IMG/VR virus record: IMGVR_UViG_3300020156_000021
Span: 1-64,000 of that record
DNA: 64,000 nucleotides
Strand: one strand, 5' to 3'
Origin: a virus
Positions 38,101 through 45,896 of this stretch are shown here, piece after piece; the stretch's first letter is position 1, and each line of letters opens with the position of its first letter. The position numbers and the translations under genes were made by a program. A model generated the notes under the pieces. That model saw nothing but the letters and a program-made list of their open reading frames with translations, made no database searches and had not been told where the DNA came from.

Positions 38101-38918
38101 CATATAAAATTACAGTCAATATTAATAATGGAGTTACTACTGCTTTAAATGTAAAAACTGCTATTGAAGCTGATACAAATTGTAATGCAACTGTTTTTGT
38201 TGTGTACGCTAGTGGTAATGATGGAAGTGGAGTCGTAAGTACTTTATCAACTAGTAGTTTTAATGGTTATCAACTAGGTAGTGATACAATAGGAGATGGG
38301 ACAGAAAACAATCCTTATAAAACAATAACTAAAGCATTATCAACTGTTCCACAAATAATAAATCATTATATTATAATTAAAGTTTGTTATGAATCAACAA
38401 GTACCAATCCTAATTTTATTACAACCGAAGAGATAATAATACAAAATTTTACTGGGTCGGGAACAGTATCATTAGGAGGCACTAATAATAATTTTGCTTT
38501 CATACCTTGGGTTGATATTTTGAATAATAATTGTTCAGTAGGGGTCGGAAATTTTTCAGCTTATTCGGCAAAAGAACACAATGATGGCGGCTTAACAACT
38601 GCAAGTTTTTATGCAGTAAATAATATGAAAGTTAGTTTGACTTCTATTAAGATGATACATTATATTAGAACAGGTATCCATCGTACAGCTTTTTATATAA
38701 ATAATGGTTATGCAATGATAGCTTATAATAAAATATCAGAGGTTAGAGTGGCAATTCAAGCTGTATATGGAGCAACAATTACAAGTTGGGATAATATTGG
38801 TAATGCTGATGAATGGGGACTTATTGCATTTTATACAGCTACTATTGGTAAAATGAATACACAACCTACAGGAACAATTGCTAATGAAAGTGCTGCCTAT
38901 GGTGGTGAAATTAGATAA
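35193..38918 (+). CDS. Tal-like tail-tip protein (prophage tail endopeptidase-type N-terminus, coiled coil, internal repeats, beta-helix-like C-terminus)
   Basis: N-terminus KIELYDTNFNKLVILKS...PELTFILPL...NHRWTYVKNERYVFY resembles the phage minor structural protein N-terminal region (Tal). TTG 35193 lies after GAGAGGTGAG; the tracked TTG 35175 sits in the terminator T-run. Confidence 0.7.
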   Translation: MKIELYDTNFNKLVILKSKKMSNIDGEIYNIILTEDSKGIPELTFILPLYITVNGEEIENHRWTYVKNERYVFYIDDENKQFWFRIKSTEDIHDINGTLFSNIQCKHTAFDLTKRGYDKSVDMVDNATNILTQILSGSGWTVGTVDAVYDTKTRSFKNEDQTNTIDMLQKVSELFSDTNGNSAYLRFNMSLTNGILTKTVDMVECIGNASGQVQFRYKKNLKNIKRSCISDDLLTRMYCYGGSTETTGTIDINDVNPIKEPFIQNFQYFIDSGELDASKQAKITQYNNDITIVNTNINNTLTNLNSFKASVLSVQSELDTKQLLIQGYNQQITGLTNQRNYYQATDAEYTTLTNQINKLTNLVSYLTNGYSYNAAGTVSITTNSNEIVGTGTSFSIGNPGISNYDKVTISGQTRIARFILGDTQLQTSEVFTTTASGQTMGVEIVGITSLQSTLETNYTNIYSYLNSLYGNVSSNATGTVSITSGSNIVTGVGTQFITAGYKQYDKITINDAIKYIVSVDSETRIKVSSNYSSSLSGQTATINKINDNPNTCPGGYYKNKRDIENQFKIDLDGYIFEGRYQDTAYINSQDLYDDSVALLRKNAYPQITFEMSVLDLSSLTGYELEKIHLGDRIYAYDELLGVNLPLKITKTVKNLEDDRKTQIEISNYTTVFQDLFRQLIKSSDTIKINEQNLRRSGIAINPDGTVNNFSLQNTLNNNPITVFNGINNGVTLEENGIVMRSSQNPNNLTRIDGGDILFSNDNGSTWNTLYSSNGTFGFNLENLLGGNLDVSNINIISGETKFFWNKIGLYAQASESPNLNFVLFNKDGLVGYKNGIQTFQLSSDGSLTLTGTVSLPNAGMTDVGNLSTSTRFWAGDSYANRDIAPFRVDQNGNLYAKTGNFQGTVGTTADRYIYVRNKHSYYKTTFGTANSNLVWIAKAEGVYGNYTQIEYISTGSLSVSRSGSGTSGDPYKITVNINNGVTTALNVKTAIEADTNCNATVFVVYASGNDGSGVVSTLSTSSFNGYQLGSDTIGDGTENNPYKTITKALSTVPQIINHYIIIKVCYESTSTNPNFITTEEIIIQNFTGSGTVSLGGTNNNFAFIPWVDILNNNCSVGVGNFSAYSAKEHNDGGLTTASFYAVNNMKVSLTSIKMIHYIRTGIHRTAFYINNGYAMIAYNKISEVRVAIQAVYGATITSWDNIGNADEWGLIAFYTATIGKMNTQPTGTIANESAAYGGEIR

Positions 38919-38945
38919 TAGTAATATAATAATTTTCTTACTCAA

Positions 38946-38989
38946 AACTATTGACATTATTCTTACGTTGAGATATAATGTCAATAGTT
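38946..38989 (+). promoter_or_regulatory. Consensus promoter embedded in a perfect 15-bp inverted repeat
   Basis: AACTATTGACATTAT (38946-38960) and ATAATGTCAATAGTT (38975-38989). TTGACA at 38951-38956, 17-nt spacer, TATAAT at 38974-38979. Confidence 0.65.
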
Positions 38990-39002
38990 GGGAGGTTTGT
39001 TT

Positions 39003-39890
39003 ATGAAGAAGTTTATTACTTTTGTTTTAGTATTTACATTTATTTTAATTATGCCCATATATTCTTATTATGAGTTATATAAACTATATAAAGTTGCTGA
39101 TATCATTAATGTCAACAACAAAAAGATAAATATAGATAAACCAATTTTGCAATATAATAAGGATATTTATGTTCCACTTGATATTATGATTAATACTTAT
39201 AATGTAAGTACAAGAATTGATAATCATACTTTAGCTATAAAAAGTATAACAAATACTGAATATTTAAAAACTTTATTAAAAGATATTCAATATTCAGTAT
39301 ATATACAGATTGTTGATGATAATGGAGTACTAAAATCAAATGCTTCAGGAATTATCGTTAGTAAAAATATTTTGTTAACTTGTTATCATGTAATAGATGA
39401 AGTTGTTAATTGTGCAAATATAAAAATTATTGCTGAAAATAATATTTTAAAAGACAACAATAAGTATTTAAAAATGAAAGATAATTATAAACCTGAGTAT
39501 GATAAATATAGTTTTGATGTATCTGAAATATTATATAGTAATAAAGATAGAGATATTGCTGTGCTAGAAATACCTGAAACTACTATTACTCCAGTAAAAC
39601 TTGGTGATTCAGATAAATTATCTTTATTGGATGATATAGTTACAGTTAGTTCCCCATTAGGATTTTTTAATACTGTAACGAAAGGTGCTATATCAGGCTT
39701 TAGAGAGTATAAAGGACAAAAATATATTCAGACTGACGCTTCTACAAAAGATGGTAGTTCAGGAGGTGCAATAATAAATACCAAAGGTGAATTAATTGGT
39801 ATTATAGAATGTACTCTCGATCAAACAAATGATATTAATTTGTCTATACCGATAAATGAAGTTAAAGAAATTTTAAGTAACTATATTTAG
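39003..39890 (+). CDS. Secreted/membrane-anchored trypsin-like (S1/HtrA-type) serine protease with Cu-amine-oxidase-N1-like stalk domain
   Basis: N-terminal hydrophobic signal (KKFITFVLVFTFILIMPIY). INIDKPILQYNKDIYVPLDIMINTYNV resembles the copper amine oxidase N-terminal-like domain. Triad contexts are LLTCYHVI, DIAVLEI and GSSGGAIIN. ATG 39003 lies after GGGAGG. Confidence 0.8.
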   Translation: MKKFITFVLVFTFILIMPIYSYYELYKLYKVADIINVNNKKINIDKPILQYNKDIYVPLDIMINTYNVSTRIDNHTLAIKSITNTEYLKTLLKDIQYSVYIQIVDDNGVLKSNASGIIVSKNILLTCYHVIDEVVNCANIKIIAENNILKDNNKYLKMKDNYKPEYDKYSFDVSEILYSNKDRDIAVLEIPETTITPVKLGDSDKLSLLDDIVTVSSPLGFFNTVTKGAISGFREYKGQKYIQTDASTKDGSSGGAIINTKGELIGIIECTLDQTNDINLSIPINEVKEILSNYI

Positions 39891-39940
39891 GCTTCTCATT
39901 AAATATGTCTTTTTTATAGTTAATATTATTAAAATAAATG

Positions 39941-39969
39941 TTGACACTTATTTGCATTTATGCTATTAT
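39941..39969 (+). promoter_or_regulatory. Sigma-A-type promoter for the XRE gene
   Basis: TTGACA (39941-39946), 17 nt ending in TGc, TATTAT (39964-39969). Confidence 0.65.
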
Positions 39970-40036
39970 AAAAACATACTACCCCCTTCCCTATTCCTTA
40001 TTATACATATATAATTATGATAGGGAGTGTGGCTAA

Positions 40037-40264
40037 ATGCAAATTAAGATAATAAATAATATAGATAAAAAAATTAACGAGTACCAAGATAGAACTGGTG
40101 CAACGAAAAAATGGATAGCTGGAAAACTTGACATGAGTAGTGCTAGACTTAATCAAATTGTCCATGCAGATAATTTAACTATAGATGTTGTTGTTAAATT
40201 TGCAGTATTTTTAGATTGTTCGCTTGATGATTTGTTTAAGTATGAAATTATTTATGACAATTAG
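40037..40264 (+). CDS. XRE/Cro-C1-type helix-turn-helix regulator
   Basis: TGATKKWIAGKLDMSSARLNQIVHADNLTIDVVVKFAVFLDCSLDDLF is a classic HTH_3 layout. 75 aa. Confidence 0.75.
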   Translation: MQIKIINNIDKKINEYQDRTGATKKWIAGKLDMSSARLNQIVHADNLTIDVVVKFAVFLDCSLDDLFKYEIIYDN

Positions 40265-40300
40265 ACTTAAGATTACTATTAAATATTTTTAATATATCTA

Positions 40301-40329
40301 TTGACATATTTTTAAGATTTCTCTATAAT
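40301..40329 (+). promoter_or_regulatory. Perfect-consensus sigma-A promoter
   Basis: TTGACA (40301-40306), 17 nt, TATAAT (40324-40329). Followed by the inverted repeat TAGGA taaattt TCCTA (40337-40353). Confidence 0.65.
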
Positions 40330-40381
40330 TGATTTGTAGGATAAATTTTCCTATAAATAATATTGTAAAGGGGTCTTATTT

Positions 40382-40870
40382 ATGATTAAGTCAAAAGTTA
40401 GTCTATTAAACGAGTTCACAGGTCACAAGGTAGAACTTTCAATGGTTGATCCACTATTTTGCTTCATGTATCAGCGTTTTCAATGGACAGTCGATGATGA
40501 TTACTTAATTCTGCAAGATGAAACTGAAGAAGAAGCAATAGTTTACATACCTTTAGATGAGATAACAGAAATTAAAAATATCAATGATAAAGATATGTAT
40601 TCAGATGTGGTTGATATTAAAACAAGTACCTATACCCTATCTGTTTGTTGTATGGAAGCAAGACCAGTGATACCTATATGTGATAGGTGTAAGAAACCAT
40701 TAGAGAATGAACAGGTTTGGTTTATAAATCAAACAGGCGAATATGGTAGCAGGTTTGATAGTGAAACAATAAATAAAAGACTATGTGATGATTGTTTGGA
40801 TGAAGTCTTTGGGATTGAAGATAATATAAATGATATCTCTTTTCAGGAAAATATTTCTTATCTATGTTGA
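40382..40870 (+). CDS. Hypothetical protein with C-terminal CxxC...CxxC zinc-ribbon
   Basis: 162-aa ORF with AAAGGGG RBS and CDRCKKP...CDDCLDE. Confidence 0.6.
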   Translation: MIKSKVSLLNEFTGHKVELSMVDPLFCFMYQRFQWTVDDDYLILQDETEEEAIVYIPLDEITEIKNINDKDMYSDVVDIKTSTYTLSVCCMEARPVIPICDRCKKPLENEQVWFINQTGEYGSRFDSETINKRLCDDCLDEVFGIEDNINDISFQENISYLC

Positions 40871-40895
40871 CATTATTATTTTAATATTATATAAT
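40867..40895 (+). promoter_or_regulatory. Perfect-consensus sigma-A promoter overlapping the preceding stop codon
   Basis: TTGACA (40867-40872, containing TGA 40868-40870), 17 nt, TATAAT (40890-40895). Confidence 0.65.
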
Positions 40896-41028
40896 GAGCA
40901 TATATATAATTATGTGCTTATTTATATTAATATTAAGTGAAGTGAAAACATGGATGCTAGGGATAGTCCTCTACCCTATTTAGGTTAGGGTATTATGGAA
41001 AATTTAAAGTGAATGAAAGGAGAGTATA

Positions 41029-41829
41029 ATGGAAAATCAATTAATGGTTTTTGGTAACGAGGAATTTGGAAAAATTAGAATTATTATAAAAAATGAAGAA
41101 CCTTGGTTTGTAGCAAAAGATGTTTCGCAAATATTAGGATATGAAAAATTAGATTCAATGTATAAACGTATTGATAAGGATGATATTTGCAAAATAGACC
41201 CTCAAAGTGAAGAATATCAAGGCTTACGCCAAAACGGAGAAACCCTTGAGTCTAATAAAAACATCAGAATTTTAGCGGCAATAAATGAGAGTGGATTATA
41301 CGAAGCGATATTTGGAAGTATTTTGCCTCAAGCTAAAAAATTTAAAAAATGGGTGACTTCAGAAGTTTTACCTTCCATTCGTAAACATGGTACATATATG
41401 ACTTCCGATGTAATAGAAAAAACTTTGTCTAATCCAGATTTTATAATTAAACTTGCAACTGAGTTAAAGGATGAGAGACAAAAACGTATTGATGCAGAGA
41501 AGCAATTAGAAGAGCAGAAGCCTAAAATTGATATGTTTAATGAATTTCTAAATGTAAATCAAGGGATAGATATGGACGAAGCAGCAAATGTTCTTAAAGA
41601 ACCAGATTTAGGTAGAAACAAACTTTACAATTGGCTAAAAAATCAAAAAATTTTAATGAAAGGTGTTAGAAATAATATTCCGTATTCACAGTTTTCTAAG
41701 CATTTTGAAGTAATTGAAGTTGTAAATCAAGGTGGAACATTTTCAAAGTGTTTGGTTAAACCATCAGGAATATCATTTATAAGAAAAAGGTTAAACAAAG
41801 AAAAAAGACTTGCTTCAACAAGTCAATAA
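41029..41829 (+). CDS. Phage antirepressor (BRO-N domain plus KilAC/ANT C-terminal domain)
   Basis: FGNEEFGKIRIIIKNEEPWFVAKDVSQILGY is the Bro-N signature. C-terminus MDEAANVLK...GRNKLYNWLKNQKIL fits KilA-C/ANT. Confidence 0.85.
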   Translation: MENQLMVFGNEEFGKIRIIIKNEEPWFVAKDVSQILGYEKLDSMYKRIDKDDICKIDPQSEEYQGLRQNGETLESNKNIRILAAINESGLYEAIFGSILPQAKKFKKWVTSEVLPSIRKHGTYMTSDVIEKTLSNPDFIIKLATELKDERQKRIDAEKQLEEQKPKIDMFNEFLNVNQGIDMDEAANVLKEPDLGRNKLYNWLKNQKILMKGVRNNIPYSQFSKHFEVIEVVNQGGTFSKCLVKPSGISFIRKRLNKEKRLASTSQ

Positions 41830-41967
41830 ATAATTAGGTGACTTAAGTATAACATAAACATAACAAAAATTCAATAATGTAATTAATTAAGACCTCTAAT
41901 ATGGGGTCTTTTTATATGTAAAAATTTGAATATAAATATTAACAAAATTTCACTTTTATCACATGGG

Positions 41968-41997
41968 GAGTCCAGAAAAATTAATCTGGACTCTTTT
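41968..41997 (+). terminator. Rho-independent terminator
   Basis: GAGTCCAGA aaaattaa TCTGGACTC followed by TTTT. A weaker hairpin lies at 41889-41913. Confidence 0.75.
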
Positions 41998-42024
41998 ATT
42001 ATACTCAAAAAGGTGGTGAATTAG

Positions 42025-42930
42025 TTGGCACGTTCATTTGGAGATTTAGAAAGTTTTACATTAGGTGGTGTAAATTTTGCAACAACTCATAATGTTTATA
42101 TTGGTCAAACAGATAACGGTCTTCGCAATGAAATATTAGTACCTGAAAACGAAATTTATCAAGAAGACGTTTTTGGAAAACATGGTGGATATTATTTTGG
42201 ACAGAGATATCAATCTAGAAAATTTTCCATACAGTGTTTTGCTTGTGAGGTTACCGATAATGAACGTAGAAATATACAAAGAGCGTTATCTTATAGAACA
42301 AGTAAACAATTAATATTAAGTCGGTTTCCTTATCGCTATATAAATGCTTTTATTGATGGACAAATTAATTATGATTTCATTTGGTTAAAAAACAGTGATG
42401 GTTTGGATATATATAATATGTTTTTCACAATACCTTTTTATTGTACTGATCCTTTTTATTACAGTGATTTTACTTCGTTAAATTTACCGGGTTACGTGGA
42501 GGATCATCCCTCATATCCTTCATTATATTTTGAAAGTGGAATGAGATGGATGGAAGACATACCTTCATCTTCAATTAGTTTATCCTCAACACCTTTAAGT
42601 AGTACCGCTATTTCAATACAACAGTATCAGGGTGGAAATTATTATAGTCAAAGTGAGTTTAAGGTAGTTGCGTCAACAGAATGTAGTAATATTAAAATAA
42701 AAAACACTACAACCAATCAAGAATTTACAATATCTCATTTAAACGCTTCAGAAATAATTAGAGTTAATGGCTTTAGAGGTGCTATTTATAGTGATGATTA
42801 TACTGCTTTAAAAACAAGTCAGTTTTCTGGTGAATTTATCGAAATAGATAGAGATATAAATATAATAGAAGTAACTGGCACTGGAACATTAGCATCAATG
42901 GAAATTTTTTATAGGTACACCTACATTTAA
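42025..42930 (+). CDS. Distal tail protein (Dit / Sipho_tail-like)
   Basis: FTLGGVNFATTHNVYI...LVPENEIYQEDVFGKHGGYYFGQRYQSRKFSIQCFA...RRNIQRAL follows the siphovirus Dit N-terminal pattern. TTG start after GGTGGTG. Confidence 0.65.
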   Translation: MARSFGDLESFTLGGVNFATTHNVYIGQTDNGLRNEILVPENEIYQEDVFGKHGGYYFGQRYQSRKFSIQCFACEVTDNERRNIQRALSYRTSKQLILSRFPYRYINAFIDGQINYDFIWLKNSDGLDIYNMFFTIPFYCTDPFYYSDFTSLNLPGYVEDHPSYPSLYFESGMRWMEDIPSSSISLSSTPLSSTAISIQQYQGGNYYSQSEFKVVASTECSNIKIKNTTTNQEFTISHLNASEIIRVNGFRGAIYSDDYTALKTSQFSGEFIEIDRDINIIEVTGTGTLASMEIFYRYTYI

Positions 42931-42952
42931 AAATAAAGGAAGTGATAATAGA

Positions 42953-45346
42953 ATGGCAACAATTGAAACAATTACATCGCCAGCTAGTAGAGTTCCAATC
43001 AATAATAATTTTAATGCAATTAATACACAATTAATTAATCATGTTGCAGGTACAGCAGATAATCATAATGCTAGTAAAGTTAATAATGATTCAAATGTAA
43101 TAGGTACAAAAGTATCTGATGCTTTAAATACATTATCATCTGTTGTTGAATCTATAGAAGCTGCGGATAGCAATGCTCAAATTGGAGTATATAGTTTGAA
43201 TGCTGCTGGTACAGCTAATGTAATTACAGCAACATACACAGGATTAACTTATTATGGTGGTCTAAAAATAAATATGAAAGTATTAGCTACTAATACATCA
43301 TCTACTACTATAAATCTTAATTCTTTGGGTGCTAAAACTGTTAAAATAATTAATTCTGTTGGCACTAAAGTAGATTTAGCTGGTGGAGAATTAACTATAG
43401 GTAGTATTGTTAATTTGGAATATGATGGAACAGACTTTATTTTACTTAATAAAGAAGTATCTGACTTCTCTACCCCCACAACCACCACAGCATCGGTAAT
43501 ATCGCTTCCAAACGTAGGGGTCGTTAAATCGACATTTAACGAACTAACGCTAAAGGGTAATACCGAAACAAATGAAATTACAAATGGCAACCTTGCAGTC
43601 GGAACTACTGGATGGGATGGTGTTAATGCTACAATATCAGCCAGTAACAATATATTATCAGTAATTGGGAATGGTGGTTCAGACTCCCCATATGTTGCAC
43701 AATATTCATCAATACCGTGTTATTCATTACTTAACCATATTATATATGTACGAGCTAAATCAAAAGTTACAAACACGGCCTGTACTGTTTTACAAATACA
43801 TGCAGGAGGAACAACTGGTGGAGGTGGGGCTTTTAAAGAACAATTTACCCCAACACAGAACCAGATATATAATCTCAGTGGTGTATTTACTGTCTCTCCA
43901 TCATTTACGGGTAATCTTCTATTTTTGTTTGTTCATAGATACGCCGATGCCGCAACCGCTAACGGCAAAGTAATGGAAGTCCAAGAAGTTATGGCAATAG
44001 ACCTCACCGCTCGTTTTGGTGCAGGTAATGAACCCTCGCTTGCTGACTGTGACAAACGCTATGCCAACTGGTTTGACGGCACACAGCACACCGGCCCCGT
44101 AAAGGTAACGGCAACAGGGAAGAATATGTTTGATAAGAGTAAAGCACAGATTGGAATGGTAAATTCGGGCACTGGTGTAGTAAATACTGGCGTTACAACC
44201 ATGTACTACAGTGATTATATTCCAATAAAACCATCAGCGGCTTATTATATTTCCAATTTTGGTACAATATTAAATATAACCTCGGTAGCTGGCGTGTCAT
44301 TTTACGATTTCAACAAATTGTATATTAGTGGTGAGGATTCAACAAATAATAATAAAGCATTTACGGCACCATCTAATGCCTTTTATGTCAGGTTCAATAT
44401 GCTTACTGATAATCTTGATACAGCTCAACTCGAACTCGGTTCCACAGCTACCCCCTACGAACCCTACACCGCAACCGAATCCTTTGTCTCCTGGCCTCAA
44501 GGGACGGGGAAGTCACTCCCGAATGGTGTATGTGATGAGATTGATTTGGTTAAGGGAGTGAGTAGGCAAAGGGTAAGTGATGAGGTTGTTTTTGATGGTT
44601 CAAAAGCACTCATGATAAATACTAGCGGAGCAAATGTTGATTTAGTGCAATCTGATTTAATATCTGCTGTTTATCCCAATATGAAAATTGGGCAAGAAAC
44701 CGTTGTAAGCGGTCAAATAGGGTTTATTAATAAATCTATACCTGAAATAGCGGCAAATAATGGAGCATGGGATAATGCAAGTTATGCGGGTTGCTATTTC
44801 CTTGACGCTTACAGAATAAACTTTATTGTTGCCAAGGGTACTTTCGTTGATTTGGCTGCTGCTCAAACTTATTATAATAACAACCCTGTTTCGTTAAATT
44901 ACTGTTTAGCGCAGGAAATTGTAACAAAAATCAGTCCTTCAGTTTTGTTATCTCATCCAAACGGTAGTATTATTATAGAAAATATTATTAAAGATGAATC
45001 AGTTTATGCTAGCGGTATTACAAACAGTTCAGGGTATGCTATTAAATCACTTCAAAAGGTACAGAAAGTTGTGATACTTGCAGATAACTCAATAGAATAT
45101 TCAAATATTGATATTTCAACTTGTACTATAGCAAGTGGAGGAGGTAGTTTTACCTCTACGGCATTAGCTGATGGTGACATAGTATATTGGGAAGCAAATT
45201 ATGATAGTTCTTTGTCAACACTTCCGTCAATAGTTGAAAGCCATGCAATTAATTTAATAGCAGGTCAAGAGAGTAATAGTAAAGCCATTGGAGAGTTGGG
45301 AAATAGTTTGAGCGAGCTTTGGATGTTTGTCATAGGAGGAATTTAA
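42953..45346 (+). CDS. Receptor-binding / tail fibre protein, mosaic
   Basis: 797 aa. Modules end in motifs common in Firmicutes phage RBPs (MAIDLTARFGAGNEPSLADCD; AQLELGSTATPYEPY). The central part is strikingly GC-rich relative to its flanks. Confidence 0.7.
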   Translation: MATIETITSPASRVPINNNFNAINTQLINHVAGTADNHNASKVNNDSNVIGTKVSDALNTLSSVVESIEAADSNAQIGVYSLNAAGTANVITATYTGLTYYGGLKINMKVLATNTSSTTINLNSLGAKTVKIINSVGTKVDLAGGELTIGSIVNLEYDGTDFILLNKEVSDFSTPTTTTASVISLPNVGVVKSTFNELTLKGNTETNEITNGNLAVGTTGWDGVNATISASNNILSVIGNGGSDSPYVAQYSSIPCYSLLNHIIYVRAKSKVTNTACTVLQIHAGGTTGGGGAFKEQFTPTQNQIYNLSGVFTVSPSFTGNLLFLFVHRYADAATANGKVMEVQEVMAIDLTARFGAGNEPSLADCDKRYANWFDGTQHTGPVKVTATGKNMFDKSKAQIGMVNSGTGVVNTGVTTMYYSDYIPIKPSAAYYISNFGTILNITSVAGVSFYDFNKLYISGEDSTNNNKAFTAPSNAFYVRFNMLTDNLDTAQLELGSTATPYEPYTATESFVSWPQGTGKSLPNGVCDEIDLVKGVSRQRVSDEVVFDGSKALMINTSGANVDLVQSDLISAVYPNMKIGQETVVSGQIGFINKSIPEIAANNGAWDNASYAGCYFLDAYRINFIVAKGTFVDLAAAQTYYNNNPVSLNYCLAQEIVTKISPSVLLSHPNGSIIIENIIKDESVYASGITNSSGYAIKSLQKVQKVVILADNSIEYSNIDISTCTIASGGGSFTSTALADGDIVYWEANYDSSLSTLPSIVESHAINLIAGQESNSKAIGELGNSLSELWMFVIGGI

Positions 45347-45347
45347 T

Positions 45348-45896
45348 ATGAACCATATAGTTTTACGTGGATATAAAGAACTCCTAAAAATAGGTAAAAT
45401 TAACAATAATACAGTTTACAATCATGTGGTTGAAGGTAGAATCACGACAGAAGATTATAAACTTATTACTGAAATGGATTGTCCTGAACTTCCTATTGAA
45501 AATATAAGAAAAAAAGTAATTAAAGAAATGTCTGAAATGTGTGAATACAAAATTATTAATGAATTCTATTCTGACTGTCTTGGCGAAATGCTACACTTTG
45601 GCTGTAAAAAAGATGAAGATCAGCAATGGATAATGGGAAAGTTTTTTAAAGCTCAACTAATTAAACAGTCAAATCCTGAACTCGCTGATGTACAATTAGA
45701 AACTTTAGCATGGAAGAATCAAGATGCTTTAGCCTGTTTCCCCTTTTCCCCTAATCAGATGATTACTCTTGGAAGCGATATGGAAACTCATTTAACTGAA
45801 AAGAAAAATAAGTTTTATGATTTGAGAATGTGGGCATTGGATGAAGCAAGAACTGTAGAAGAACTTCAGACATGGACTTGGGATATGGTGATATAA
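45348..45896 (+). CDS. XkdX-like N-terminal motif protein (tail-fibre accessory)
   Basis: YKELLKIGKINNNTVYNHVVEGRITTEDYKLIT matches the XkdX family motif (..V..G.IT.E.YK.IT). Starts 1 nt after the fibre gene stop. Confidence 0.5.
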   Translation: MNHIVLRGYKELLKIGKINNNTVYNHVVEGRITTEDYKLITEMDCPELPIENIRKKVIKEMSEMCEYKIINEFYSDCLGEMLHFGCKKDEDQQWIMGKFFKAQLIKQSNPELADVQLETLAWKNQDALACFPFSPNQMITLGSDMETHLTEKKNKFYDLRMWALDEARTVEELQTWTWDMVI

